A stretch of DNA of 64,000 bases from Lama glama (GCA_028534125.1 CM052817.1:6140001-6204000), one strand, 5' to 3'; counted from the first letter of the stretch, positions 23,720 to 36,877 are shown. A program made the numbers and translations. The notes: generated by a model not told the origin, from the letters alone.

Positions 23720-25292
23720 TCACCATGTATTATTTCTGTACCCATTTTCTATTTTCCTCTCCAAGTAGCACGCAAGTCCTTCAGATGGCAGGAGCCTAGC
23801 TCTTATTTCTCTTTGGGTTTCCCCCAACACAGTGTGTCGACATGGAGATATCTATCATATATTTACTGCAGTAAAAGCATGGAGAGATAGTTGATAATTA
23901 GCTTTAATTTGAAATCACTTCAAACAAATTGGAAATTTATAGCAAACACAGAAGTGTGAGTGGAAGAAATGAATCATTACAGGCTATTTACCTCCTACTA
24001 TTGTCTCTGCCTCATGACAGAACCCCTCTCCCATTAACTTCAAATTCTCACTCAATTATGTGGGTCAATTCCTGTTCTTTGGAAACAGTTTACATCTTTA
24101 GTCAATCCATTTACATTGCATCTGAAGGAGTGAACTGATTGAAAAAAAAGTGGAGTGAAATATAAACAATTTTGAAACTGCGAGTAAACAGGAAATTATT
24201 AAAAATAACTTAGATAATGGATTTAGGAGAGTGTAATTTCATTTCAGTTTACTTGCAGAGTGCTAATTATTCAGTTATTGAAACACACAAAAGGGAAGAT
24301 AATATGATTCCTCAATAATAAATGTTTTGTATAAGATTTTTCTGCGAATTTCTCAGAGGAGAGTACCATGCCTCAGACCCTTATTTTATTGCATTTTTAC
24401 CTTAACAATTTACTTAAAAATCTATCTCTGTTACTTAGGTGGAAAGAAGCTTTTTGAAGTAAAATAGCACACCATAAAAAGGAAATGGTTCTTGTCATAT
24501 AAAATGGTATTAATTTAAAACGAGGAAAGGAGGATAAAATTATCAAAGCAACTGAAATGCGAGAATTAAAAAAAATAGAAATGAAATGCCCTCATTTTGC
24601 TCACTGTGTACATTGTAGGTATTACACACATGGCCACATATAAAAGCAATTCAAGAAGTGAAGGACAACGTACCTAACTTGCATTAGAAACTTTAAGGTT
24701 GCAAGTTAAATGTCTTGGTGGAACATCTGGATGACAAACGTCATCTCTGAGTTAACACAAACTCCATGTTGGTGGGCTCAGATTAACCAGGACTGACTGC
24801 ACACGCGAAAGTGGGAAAGTAATGCAGGGACAGGCTTCCTTCTTTCTTTCCTAATAAGTCTCTCCCAGATGGCAAGTTCCACCCCAGAGACTGGAGTTTT
24901 CAAGTTGTGCTAATTTTTTCCATCTTACTTCCTGCTGATCGATATTGCTACCAAAAGCTGCTTTCTGCAATGAATACAATTTAGCTAATGAGGAAGTAGG
25001 CAGCGCTTCTGTTTGAATTATGGATTGTGTGCTGAGAAAGAAGCTTCTCCATATGTCACTTTCATCAGAGCGAGTGAACAGAGGATTCATATTATTATTT
25101 TATTTTAGCCGGAATGGCTCAAGTAGCTGGCTTTCTAGATTTGGGGCTCTTTCGTATGGGTGGGAAATGATCTTTGGCAGTATATACTTTCTGTTCATAA
25201 ATTGTTACCAGCCAGTGGCAGTCAGTAAATTAGGGTCCTGGTCCAATGTATTCCCATATTTTCTTGGGTGACCTTGGGCCAGTTGTTTGATC

Positions 25293-25332
25293 CTTATTTA
25301 TTTTTAAACATTTTTTATTGATTTATAATCAT
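25293..25332 (-). mobile_element. Ultra-short (~40 bp) L1 3'-terminal insertion with TSD
   Basis: AACATTTTTTATTGATTTATAATCAT is identical to the L1 terminus at ~37584; flanked by TTGTTTGATC at 25283-25292 and 25333-25342. Confidence 0.85.
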
Positions 25333-25348
25333 TTGTTTGATCTTCAGA

Positions 25349-25500
25349 TGTAGCAAAGACTAGTCTCCTGAGTAGACTCCTGAGTAGACTCTAGTCAGAC
25401 TCTGCTGAGCAATCTTCTTGACTAGACTGGACTCTTTTCCTATTGCAAAAGGACATTACTGATTAAAATCCATTCTTGCCAGCTTAAGCAGTGTCCGACT
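25349..25500 (+). mobile_element. ERV1-type LTR fragment (MER31/MER67-like)
   Basis: TGTAGCAAAGACTAGTCTCC..CTCTAGTCAGACTCTGCTGAGCAATCTTCTTGACTAG resembles the recalled 5' end of these LTRs. Confidence 0.45.
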
Positions 25501-25648
25501 TTATTTATCTTTGACAGAGGTCATATTTTTTTCTCCCTAATGTGAGAGATGGACAATATCCAAAGTCCCCATCAGCGCTGGTGTTTTTCTGATTCAACAC
25601 ATATATATTTTTTTATACTTCAAACATTTATTTTAATGTCTTTGCCTT

Positions 25649-26975
25649 CTTTTAATTGAGGTATAGTCAGTTTACAATGTTGTGTTGATTTCTGGTGTAC
25701 AGCACAATCTTCAGTCATACATGAACATACATATATTCTTTTTCATATTCTTTTTCAACATGAGCTGCTACAAGATCTTGAATATATTTCTCTGTGCTGT
25801 ACAGTATAATCTTGTTTATCTATTTTACACATACCAGTCAGTATCTGCAAATCTTTAACTCCCAGTTTATCCTTTCCCACCCTCCTCCTCCCTGGTAACC
25901 ACAAGTCTATATTCTATGTCTGTGAGTCAGTTTCTGTTTTATATGTAAGTTCATTTGTCTTTTAATTTTTTTTAGATTCCACATATGAGCGATCTCATAT
26001 AGTATTTTTCTTTCTCTTTCTGGCTTATTTCACTTAGAGTGACATTCTCCAGGGACATCCATGTTGCTGCAAATGGCATTATTTTATCAGTTTTTATGGC
26101 TGAGTAGTAGTCCATTGTATAAATATACCACTTCTTCTTTATCCAGTCATCTGTTGTTCGACATTTAGGTTGTTTCCATATCTCGGCTATTGTAAATAAT
26201 GCTGCTGTGAACACTAGGGTGCACTTGTCTTTTTGAATTAGGGTTCTGTCTGGATATATGCCCAGGAATGGGATTCCTGGGTCATATGGTAAGTCTATTT
26301 TTAGTCTTTTGAGGAATCTCTATACTGTTTTCCACAATAGCTGCACCAAACTACATTCCCACCAGCAGTATAGGAGGATTCCCTTTTCTCCACACCCTCT
26401 CCTGCATTTATCATTTGTGGACTTTTGAATGACGGTTATTCTGATTGGTGTGAGGTGATACCTCACTGTAGTTTTGATCTGCATTTCTCTGATAATTAGT
26501 GATATTGAGCACTTTTTCATGTGCCTATTGGTGATTCATACGTCTTCATTGGAGAATTGATTGTTTAGAACTTCTGCCCATTTTTGGATTGGGTTGTTTG
26601 TTTTTTTCTTATTAAGTTGTATGAGCTGTTTATATATTCTGGAGATAAAGCCCTTGTCCATTTCATCTTTTGCAAATATTTTCTCCCATTCTGTAGGTTG
26701 TTGTTTTGTTTTGCTTGTGGTTTCCTTTGTTGTGCAAAAGCTTATAAGTTTAATTAGGCCCCATTTGTTTATTTTTGCTTTTATTTCTACTGCTTGTGTA
26801 GACTGCTCTAGGAGAACATTCCTAAGATGTATGTGAGGTAATGTTTTGCCTATGTTTTCTTCTAGGAGGTTTATTGTGTCTTGTCTTATGTTTAAGTCTT
26901 TAAGCCATTTTGAGTTTATTTTTGTGTATAGTGTGAGGGAGTGTTCTAGCTTCAATGATTTATATGCTGCTGTTC
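25649..26975 (-). mobile_element. 5'-truncated L1 (~1.3 kb; ORF2 3' part + 3'UTR), lineage-specific
   Basis: ORFs 26536-26955, 26320-26520 and 25972-26214(-): YTKINSKWLKDLNIR, PTEWEKIFA, MKKCSISLIIREMQIKTT, WKQPKC (L1 ORF2p, disrupted). Confidence 0.97.
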
Positions 26976-27020
26976 ATTATCATTTTGTAGAGCATCAGTG
27001 CTGCTTTAGCAATAGCTATT

Positions 27021-27397
27021 TCTTGTGGACTGAATTGTATTCCCTCCAAATTCATATGCTGTACCCTTAACTCCCAATGTGACAGTATTTGAAGGATAAT
27101 AAAAGTTGAATGAGCTCATGAGGGTGGGGCCCTGATGCAATAGGACTGCTGTCCTTATAAGAAGTGCACCGGGGTGCACACGCAGAGGAAAGGCCATGTA
27201 AAGGCCAGTGAGAAGGTGGCCAAGAAAAGAGGTTTCCCCAGACCAAGCCAAGATAAGGAGAGTGGTCTCACAGAAGCCAGCCCTGACAATACCTTCATCT
27301 TGGGCTCAGCTACTGGAACTGTGAGAAAGTAAATCTATATTGTTTAAACTCCCCAATCTGGGGTATTCTATTATGGCAGCCCTAGCAAAATGATATA
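27021..27397 (+). mobile_element. MaLR LTR (MLT1A0-like)
   Basis: TGGACTGAATTGTATTCCCTCCAAATTCATATG..GAGGGTGGGGCCCTGATG..TATGGCAGCCCTAGCAAA. Confidence 0.85.
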
Positions 27398-27659
27398 TTA
27401 TCTAGTTCCCTTAAATTTATGGCTACTGTTTTCTCCAGTCATCTCAAATACCTGATACACCTCTCCCTGTAATGCATTGTCTTCCATCAAGATAGTTTCA
27501 GAATTCACCTCTGGTAAACGTTGTAACAACTGGGTCACCATCTTCTTCCAAAGCTCCTTGTGTTCCACCTACTACCAGGGATGGGGTCCTATTCCAGCCA
27601 AGAGATTGACCATTCATCTCCAAGTCTCCTCTCATACCCACTTTGTTCTATCACTTCCT

Positions 27660-28058
27660 GTGCCAGGGGCTGCAGGGTGGGTTTTCTGGAAGCAGGCACT
27701 TAGATGGAGTTTGGGCTGCAAGATATGCCTTAGGGATCAACACCTGTGAAGGGAAGTGGTTCAAAGCAGGAAGGAACCTCAGAAAATACAGTGGAGATCT
27801 CTGGATCTAGTACCATGCATCAGAGGATCCCATGTTGGGCCAAAATGGCCAGACCTTCATACCTGCAATTGTCTTGGTCTCCCAAGGCAGGCTGCTCCGG
27901 GAAGGGCATGACCTCAAGCTGAGACAGTTGTCTGCAACTCAGCATACCCTGAAGGGCTGACAGCTGGAACCTGTCTTCTGACCACATCTATACAGCTGGG
28001 CAGCAAATCCTTCCTTGCTGGGGCACATGGGTGTTACAATGCTATGTACAGCCAAACA
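27660..28058 (-). mobile_element. ERVL LTR (LTR16 family)
   Basis: GGAAGCAGGCACTTAGATGGAGTTTGG..AGGGATCAACACCTGTGAAGGG..GGGCTGACAGCTGG..CAGCTGGGCAGCAAATCCTTCCTTG. Confidence 0.75.
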
Positions 28059-28094
28059 AACCTGCAACAAAAGTGATTCTTGATGGTGGGGTGT

Positions 28095-30230
28095 TTAAAA
28101 GGAGTCCCTCTGAGATGAAGGGAAACAAATACAAGGATCTCCCCCTCATCCCTTTATTTGGCATGGTATTAAAGTGACCTGCTGGTGTAGTACGGCAAGG
28201 CAAAAACAAACTAAACAAAGATAGTTAAAGAGGGAACAGAACTGTCGTTATCTGTAGATAATTTCTCTGTGCACACAATGTTGCGGGAAGTTGTAGGTTC
28301 TGACACAGCCCCAGCAATGGCATCTTATATGATGCTGTTTGGAATGTAACTGACTCCCCCAGGGAGTGGGGGCCTCTGAGTTCCCTTTCTTTGAAACTGG
28401 GAGGGGATTTGTGACTACCCAGACTAATGGAGTCCAGCAGAAATAGTGCTATGGTTCTCCGCCTCTCAGGACACTTGCTTTTGGAACCCAGCCACCATAT
28501 TGGGAGGAAGCCCAGGACAGCTGGAGAGGCTACATGTGAGTGTTCTAGCCAATAGCCTCGGATAAGTTCTCAGCTGAGTCAGCAGCAATTGCAGGGAAGA
28601 GAACAAGACTTCAAATGATGCCAGTCCCCAGCCGTCAGCTGAGGACATTGCAGAGTGGAGACATTACTCTCCATGGTACCCTATATGAATTCCTGATCCA
28701 TAGAAAGCATGAACAATAATAAATTATTATTACTGCTTTCAACCACTAGAGTTTGGGACAATTTATTATGCAACAATAGATGGCTACAAATATTAAAAAA
28801 ATTATAATACAATATTAGAATTAATAAGAATTCAGCACAGCTGCTAGATACAAAATCAATATAAAAATCAATTGTTTTCTGTATGCTAACAAACAGAAGT
28901 CAAATTTATAAGTTTACAATAGCATAAAGATATAATTACCTAACAATAAATACAAAAAAAGTTATACAGGTCTTTCAAAGAGACCCAGAACTCTATTAAA
29001 ATATACCAAGGAAGACCTAAAAATAGATATGTATTATGCGCATGGATTCACACAGTCAATACTGCACAGATAACCTAGCCACATTAACCAAAATCACAAT
29101 GTCTTTGCAACATAGTGAGCTAATTCTAGAAAATTACATGGAAATTTCAAAGGTTAAGAGTATCAGTGGTTCTCCAGGAAGAGAAGGAAGGGAATACTTG
29201 CTCTACCAGATTATAAATCTTAAGTACTTATGAGGACACAAGTTATTGATGAAAGGGCTATGTAGTATGAGCAAGCTGACCACAGCAGAAAGCTCAGACA
29301 CCAAACCCGTGTAGATCCAGAAGCTTTAAATATGGTGGACGTGGTAGTGCAGGCCAGTGGTGAACTGATGGAAATTTCCCTCAGTGTCCTATAGACAACT
29401 TCGTAACCGTACAGAACAAGAAATGTAATTAACTCTCCTACACAGACACCAGTTTCAGGTGGATTGAGATCTATACATGAAAGGTAAAAAAATTTAAAAA
29501 ATAGAAATAAAATAAAAACATTTCTTTATAAACTTGTAGTAGGAAAAAAATTTTAACTAGTCTAAAAGGCCAGTCCTGCCTAAATAAGATTGCTTAATGT
29601 GGCCAATTAGAATTAAGAATGTCTATTCTTCAAAAGAACTTTACAGATTGTGGATGGAATTGTATGAGACCTTGAATTGCTTCAAAATAATTAAATGGGG
29701 CCAGGGGAGGGGAAACTGGGTCTATTTGGCTCAAGTGTGGTCATGAGACAATGACTGCTGTAGCTGGGGAATGTGCAAACAATACAAATGCCCCAAAATA
29801 GAATGGATCAAAAAAAAAAAAAAAGGCACACTGATACAATGTAATTCTACAGCAGAGAAAATGAACTGTAGCTACATGCGTCAGTATGGATGGATTTCAT
29901 CCAAAGAGGAAGAATGAAGTCCCAAAGACCTATTCACTGTAATTCAAAAACAGGCACAACCTAATGGCATTTCTTGAAGGATCCATGCATGGACGGGAAA
30001 ACAAGGGAGGGAGTGATTATTACAGATCTTCTCGAGGGCGGAGGCAGAGCAGGTGAGACATAGTGGCTTCTATGTAAGCAAGGAAATATTATATTTCTTA
30101 ATCTGGATGCTAGTTACTCACATGTTTACTTCATTTAAAAACATTAGATTATATTCTGCGATGCTATATTGTGTATTTTACACACTTTCCTGCATATAAA
30201 ATATAACTCAGAGTAGAAACAAAAAATACT
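28095..30230 (+). mobile_element. Ancient L1M (L1ME/MD-like) remnants interrupted by an MLT1 LTR
   Basis: Degraded RT-region nucleotides (ACAAGGATCTCCCCCTCATCCC; ACTGTCGTTATCTGTAGATAAT; GATACAAAATCAATATAAAAATCAATTG) and 3'UTR-like sequence to ~30230. Confidence 0.65.
28279..28790 (+). mobile_element. MaLR LTR (MLT1F/G-like)
   Basis: TTGGAACCCAGCCACCATATTGGGAGGAAGCCCAGG..GAATTCCTGATCCATAGAAAGCATGA..TTATGCAACAATAGAT. Confidence 0.75.
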
Positions 30231-30539
30231 AAAAGGACAGAACTATTATGAGGAAGAACAATGTCTGATATTTCATATGTAGTGCTTCAAATTCAAATTT
30301 ACGAATTAGGTGCTTTTACTTGGGTTTGCTTTAAAAATAAGCTATCAGCACTGTTCTCTGATTCATTTATTGGCTTGCACAGTTCATCAATGGCTCTTTT
30401 TGTACGTGGTGCATTATGAAGTATTGAGGACTCAAGAGATAAATATGACTGGGGCCTTGGTCTCACAGAGCTTGCATTTCAGTATATGAATGTGTTTCTT
30501 GGATGGAAGGGGGTTAGTTGGATAGCTTAGAATCCAGAG

Positions 30540-30718
30540 TAGTGGTTCCCAAACTTGAACATGCGTCAGAACCCTCTGGAGGGCTTCCAAAACACAGCTT
30601 GCTGGTCCCACCCCTAGAGTTTCTGGCTTAGCCGATCTGGGGTTGGGATTTGCATTTCTAGCCATTCCCAAGGGATGCTGATGGTGCTGATCCTGGGGAC
30701 CTACTTTGAGAATCACTG
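30540..30718. mobile_element. MER5A hAT-Charlie MITE
   Basis: Terminal inverted repeats TAGTGGTTCCCAAACT / ACTTTGAGAATCACTG; internal TTTGCATTTCTAGC. Confidence 0.85.
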
Positions 30719-31284
30719 ATTTGCAATATTTTTATAACCTTCATGTCTTCCTTAATTTTAGTGACCTTTCTATCTTCAGCTTAAAAATTTAAACAAAAAG
30801 CACAAGGGAAAACAAATTAAATGACCTGTTCATATAAAAAGTTTAACATGTAACGTTCTCAAACTCTTCATAAAACATAAATTTTTTTCTCTCTCAGATC
30901 TCATGCTTTCTTGATAAAATTAAAGCTAGAGTGGTAAAAAAGGCAGAAGGTGACATACTCATTAGGAAAGGTCAAGGTGCTTCAGTAGTTACTAGATCGG
31001 ATGGGATGTTCAGAGTCACCACTGTCTGTCAGAGGAAGAGAAGAAAGACCTTCAGTGGGCTTCATGGAAAGACTTGCTCAGCGTCAGCGGGAGGAGCTAG
31101 GATTCCAGAGATCATTGAGAAGCAACTCAGAATTAAGGACTCACTCCCTTGGACATTGTGGTTATTAAAAATTCGGATAGATTTGAGAGATAAAGCAGAG
31201 AAAGATCTGCATAAAGTGCTCAAAAGAATTATCTAAATTTTTTAATTTTATGTTTTTAGGTGATTATGGTCCATTTGTCTCCCG

Positions 31285-31640
31285 AGTGAGAGATCCAGGC
31301 AGTCAGCCCAGGGCTGGGGAGGATGCTGGGTGATCCTCTCCAGGGCTCATGGTCCTCTATTCTTATGATGCCATCCTCCGCTAGAGTCTCTCATTGTCCC
31401 TGAATAGCTGTTGTCCCTCTGGGCATCACACTTGAATTCCAGGAATGAAAAAGAAAACAGGGCAATGCATGACAAGGCACACCAGAAGAAGTTTTCCTTT
31501 CGGTCAGGCAAGTGAATACTTCCTTGGAATTTGCAACTAGAATTTTTCTACTTGAATCTCAATGGATGGAATGATGACTGACCCATGACCACCTGTGGAT
31601 GGAAAGAGGGCAAGGAGATGACGGAACTGGACACAGGCTT
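31285..31640 (-). mobile_element. Degraded MaLR LTR (MLT1K-like)
   Basis: GGCAGTCAGCCCAGGGCTGG..TGCCATCCTC..GGCATCACACTTGAATTCCAGG. Confidence 0.4.
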
Positions 31641-31837
31641 GGTCAGCCACGGTGTTTCCCCACCAAGAAGGGAACGTCTCACTTTCAGTCTTCCAAGGTG
31701 TGCCCACGCGTTTCCTGGAATACGTAAATTGCCTTAGGGGATGAGTTCTCTTGGTAGAGCTCAATTTGGTACCATGCATATGACACAGCAGGGCAGGGAT
31801 GCTCTCTCCTCCCTTGCAGACTCACGCCTTCCTTGTG

Positions 31838-32096
31838 TGATACTACAGTGATTAAGAGCGTTTTCTTTGGAGCCAGACCTCAAGGGCCTGTATCCCAGCT
31901 CCTCCTCTTACTATCTGTGTGATTTTGGGCAAGTTGCTTACTCTCAGGGTCTGAATGTCTCTATCTGTAAGAAAAAAAAGAATTAAAAATGGGTCTCATT
32001 TTATCGGAGAGTCATGAGAATTAAATGAGCTAATCCATGTAAAACAGAACAGTGATCAGCCCATAGCAAGCACCCGATAAATGTTGGCAATTATTC
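31838..32096 (+). mobile_element. Near full-length MIR
   Basis: CAGTGATTAAGAGCG..GGAGCCAGAC..TGTGTGATTTTGGGCAAGTTGCTT..GAGAATTAAATGAGCTAAT..GATAAATGTTGGCAATTATT. Confidence 0.88.
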
Positions 32097-34459
32097 TTCA
32101 AAGTTTAGAAACTTACATGGTGCCAACTCCTATCACCAGGTTTGATTGAAATGCCTTTCATTTCCTTTCGACTTACTCAAAGCTTCTAATTTGCCGTTTT
32201 CCCTTTGAGCGTCTGGTTTCTGAAATCCCACACTGAGGTTGAGCTTCTTAAGTGACAAGGCTGCTATTCTCTCCTAAGCAGGCATTCCTAGTCCTGACAG
32301 TAAGTTGGTGGCTGTGACTTGCCGTATTTTCAGTCAGGGCTGTGAAACCTGCTTCCTGGGGAAAGTGCTTGCTTAGACCTACATTTGTTCCAGCTGGGAC
32401 TCAAAACAGCCTCTGCAGATCCCTGAATGAAGCTATTGATGTTTCTGAAGCCGGTGCTCCTGGGGATCCGCAGAGCACCAATACCTCTGCCCTGTGCTCC
32501 TCAAGAAATGCTTTCCCTGGCTTTTAATTGCTCCACACTTAAAATAGCATTTCTATCTTCTCAGTTTCCCTTTCTGCTCGATATTCCTTCAGGAGGACTT
32601 AACTGGCTCTCCTAACCTCTGACTGTGCTCCTTTAAAAGGTCAGTTTCCTTCTCCAGCAGTGTTTGTTGGGTCTGTGTGCCTTCTTTGCTTTTACTTCCT
32701 CACTGCTTTCTGGCCCAGATATTTATTTCACTAATATTCTCCTCTAGGTAATCTCTTAGGGGGTTCCCATAGTGAGAGATACGAAATCAATGAGTCCTGG
32801 GTTTGCAAAAAACAGGAGACCAGAGCTGGATACTCCAATACAAAGAGGATTCAACCTTGAGACCAGTATCTAGCCCAGTCCTGGTCTTGCTCTCTTGTTG
32901 TCATGACTGGTTCCTCTTTTAAATGTATCAGCTCTAAATCCATTGTGCTCATCTGTACATCCCTAATTCTGTAAGTTCATCAATCACATTCCCTCAGGCA
33001 CAAAGAATACCTTCATTGCCATTTCAATAACTGGGACCTTGAGACATACTCCGTGATTTCCAAACTCAAAAGAATGTAACCTGTCTTACTTTTCTTCACT
33101 GTGATGTGATGCTAGTGTATGAAAGAAGCCCCTTTCTTCCAGAAAATATCAACCATTTAGGTCCTTGAGTTAAATTACTTGGGGAAAAAAACATCATCTT
33201 CCTTTCAGGTAAATACAGCAAGTGCTCCTGGGTTGATCAGGTGATCTTTTGTATGAAAACGTCATTATAACAATTCAAGTAAATGTTTGGCTAGTTGCCA
33301 GCCACCCTATGTGATAGAAAATCTATTTAACGTATTTTTAAAAAGTAGGCTTATTGTAAGAACAAAATGTTACTGATATGTTCACATCACTCCGTTATAA
33401 GTCATGGATTAAATTTTCATGCAATTTTATTCATTTTAACACTGAATCTTCTGATTAAAATATTCAGGAGGGCAGCAAACTTATGCATCAATACCCGTTC
33501 TTCTTTTCAGGAAAAAAATAATTGCATTTACCGGAAAAAAGATAGATAAGAAAATGAACATTGATGGCAGTGAATTTCACGGCAAGTTACCAGAATCATA
33601 TTTACTGTTTGAAACAATCTTGAAGCCCAGTGAAGAGAAAATATGTTGCAAAAACTTTATACTCTTTCTATTTTTAGGTGAGGATGTTTACTACAGAAAA
33701 AAAAAGAAATAATCCAGTTAAAGATGAAAACAATAATGAAATCAATTTAAGTACTTCATCAAATGCTTATGATTAAGATTTCAAAGCACATAGTCATTCT
33801 CCTGGTACAAACAATCCATATACATTCAGCGGTTAACAATGTTTCCTATGCATATGTCTTCTCATTACAAATCGAAAAGACTATGTTCAAGGTCAAGTAC
33901 CAAACTGAATTTATCTTTGTATGTCCAAAAGGAAAACTATATTAACATTCTCTCAAGTACTTAGTGTATTTTTTTTACAAACAGCTAAATTATTTGAAAT
34001 TCAAAATTCAAGTTTAATAAAAAAACAAACAAACAAACAGCTGCTGACCTTGTTAATCTATTGAGTGAGCTGGAAGGAGGAGAATGTAGACTAATAATCT
34101 ACTGCAAAATTAAGAAAAATATGAATGCATAGCATTGTTCTCTGAGCTTGTCAATACTTAATTCATATATAAATACTTAATTCATAACTTGATACTCTAT
34201 GAAAGTAAAATATTATTTCTGATTGAGAAAATAAAACAAATTTCTTTCTTACTTACCTGATTCTTACAAAATGTAGCACATAAACTCCTTACTGAATGTG
34301 CCTTATTTTCATAAATTGTTTCACTGTATGTTTTGTAGTTATTCCTCTGAAATACTTATTAATAAATATAACATGACTTAACTACATTCTAAGGTTTGTT
34401 TTTTCTCTCCAAACAGGAGAGAAAAGAATTACTTGTGTGGAATACTTACAGTAATAGCT

Positions 34460-34765
34460 TCACTCAGTTATTTATTCAACAAGTATCGAGTGCCCACCTG
34501 GTGTCAGGCAATGACCCAGGAATCAGGACACATTAGTGAACACGACAGACTGAAGTTCTTTATTCTCGAGTCCATTGTCTACTGTAGGTTAAATAGCACC
34601 CCCCCCATCAATAAAAATAAGTCAGAGAAGGAAGATGAGTACTGAATACTGGTAATAAAAGAGGGTGTTTGTAACTTTAAACAGAAGAGTCATAAAGACT
34701 TCTCTGAGAAGGGGACATCTGGGCAAACACTGGAAGAAAGTGAGGGGGTGAGACACGGGGACCCA
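34460..34765 (-). mobile_element. L2 3' end
   Basis: TTATTCAACAAGTATCGAGTGCCCACCTGGTGTCAGGCA..CTTCTCTGAGAAGGGGACATCTGGGCAAAC. Confidence 0.75.
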
Positions 34766-34963
34766 GAATCTTTGCACAGTGACTAAATAGTAAATAACTC
34801 TCTAAGAGAATACCATGTGTAATTTATGTTTGCAATGAACAGCTTTCTAAGAATCCTACATGTGGTACAGCTCCAACACGAAGGGGCGATAAGACCTTCT
34901 GGGAATCCCTCTTTCTCTCTAGCTCTCACTCTCATCATCTGAAGAAATAATGGGATCAAGCTT

Positions 34964-35169
34964 CATTGGTTCTCAGTCAGTGCTAGTGTCACCCCCTTTG
35001 GGGGCACATGGAAACGTGAGAGGGTGTTTCTGGTTGTCACAATGATTAGAAGATGCATCTGACGGTGGGTGGGCTCCAGGGGAAGTAAACCTCTTGTAAC
35101 ACACAAGGAAGCCCAGCATAGAGGCTTGTCCTACTGAACATATTAACAGAGCTCTGCTGAGAACACTGA
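34964..35169. mobile_element. hAT-Charlie MITE (MER20/MER112-like)
   Basis: TIR-like CATTGGTTCTCAG / CTGAGAACACTG; internal TTTCTGGTTGTCACAATGA. Confidence 0.7.
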
Positions 35170-35609
35170 GCTACGTGACAAGGAAGCTCCTGCCTGGAGC
35201 TGATGGTGAGCATCTCCAACTCTGTGTGAGTAGGGAACACTGACTTCCCACCCCCAAGTCTATGGAGCAGAACCTTCATTAAAGTAACCTTTGGGCCTCT
35301 TTTCACTCCCTCCGTCTCTCTTCTGCTCTTCCATTTGATGCATTCATGGTTTACCTTGGAAGTTGACGATATGGGCTTGATTAGACCCAAGTTCAAAGTT
35401 TGGAGCAAGAAGATTTCACCGTGTGCTTCGTAATGAATCCCCCCAGGGAATGCACAATGTCTTGCTGTCTGACTATAACTGATACAAACACGGATCAGTG
35501 CGTTCTGGTAGAACAGCTCAGTTCACCATTATAACTGTCTTTACAAATAAATTAAATTATAATCCATAATAAAACTTCACTAATTGTTCAGGCATCGATT
35601 GTCTCTGCC

Positions 35610-36125
35610 TAAGCCAGTGACTTCAACTGGGGTTTAAAACAGGGATTTTAAAGTTCTGATTCCTTCCATATTTATTATCTAGAATTCTTCTGCAAATAAT
35701 AAATTGTCCTTATCACCTAGGGCCATTTGGTCGGTGACATACAATTTATACAGGAAATGCAAGATGGAAGCTAAATTCTTTTCCTTGTTTTTTTAAACCA
35801 GTTTTCAAGGACAGAAGTTGGTGGGTTACTTCAGTGATGTCTAGTGAGGTTCTCCCTCTCTGTCTGCCTCTCAATTTCCTCTCTTTCTTCCTTCTCTTTT
35901 GTTACGAATTTCTTTGCTATGAATAGTTTTAAAATATTAAATAAGTTTCAATCAATTGTATTTATTATTATTTTTGATGTTCATATTACCCTTTCTTTGG
36001 CCAATGGGAGCTCCTTCATGCTTATTCCAGTGCCTTTTGACAAGAACTTCAATTATTGTCCTGAAGGGTTCTCTGGCTCTCTGACATAGTAAAGTATCCC
36101 TCTTAATTTCTTGCCTCAGGCATGG
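35610..36125 (-). mobile_element. Ancient L1MC-like 3' fragment
   Basis: TTTCAATCAATTGTATTTATTATTATTTTTGATGTTCA..TTTGGCCAATGGGAGCTCCTTCA..CCTTTTGACA. Confidence 0.6.
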
Positions 36126-36215
36126 GCAGAAAGCTTTTAACTTTACCACCACCCTCTTTCATGCTTTAAATTTTTGTCACTTAAAAAAATTAAATCAACT
36201 TTAAATAATTAAAAT

Positions 36216-36877
36216 TCTGAATAAAACCCACTTCTATATGGTTAGTTAATCTACAACAAAGGAGACAAGAACGTGCAATAGAGAAAAGACAACTTCTTCA
36301 ATAGATGGTGTCGTGTAAACTGGACAGCTACTTGCAAAAGAATCAAGCTGGACTACTCTCTGACACCATATACAAAAATAAACTCAAAATAGATTAAAGA
36401 CTTAAATGTAAGACCTGAAACCATAAAACTCCTAGAAGGAAACATAGGAAGTATATTCTTTGACATTGGTCTTAGCAATTTTTTTTAGATATATCTCCTC
36501 AGGCAAGGGCAACAAAAGCAAAAATAAACAAATGGGACAACAGTAAACTAAAAAGCTTTTGCACAGTGAAGGAAACTATAAACAAAATGAAAAAGCAACC
36601 TACTAAGTGGAAGAAGATACTTGGGAATAATATATCTGATAAGGGTGAATATCCAAAATACACAAAGAGTGCATATAACCCAACTTCAAAAAAACAAGCA
36701 ACTCAATTAAAAACTGGGCAGAGGACCTGAATAGACATTTTTCCAAAGAAGACATACAGATGGTCAACAGACACGTGAAAAGATGCTCAACATCACTAAC
36801 CATCAGGAAAATACAAATCAAAACTACAATTATCTATCTACCTTATACCTGTTAGAATGTCTATTACCAAAAAGACC
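36216..36877 (+). mobile_element. L1 ORF2 internal fragment (sense)
   Basis: CTTCTTCAATAGATGGTG..ACACCATATACAAAAATAAACTCAAAATAGATTAAAGACTTAAATGTAAGACCTGAAACCATAAAACTCCTAGAAG..AAGATGCTCAACATCACTAA. Confidence 0.93.

Noticed and set aside
25366..25392. 12-bp tandem duplication CTCCTGAGTAGA x2 (a similar short duplication occurs at ~34153-34186)
   Set aside because: Ordinary slippage duplications; two units only and no spacer structure.
25972..26955. Protein-coding gene from three consecutive minus-strand ORFs
   Set aside because: Disrupted L1 ORF2 remnants within a 5'-truncated retrotransposon.
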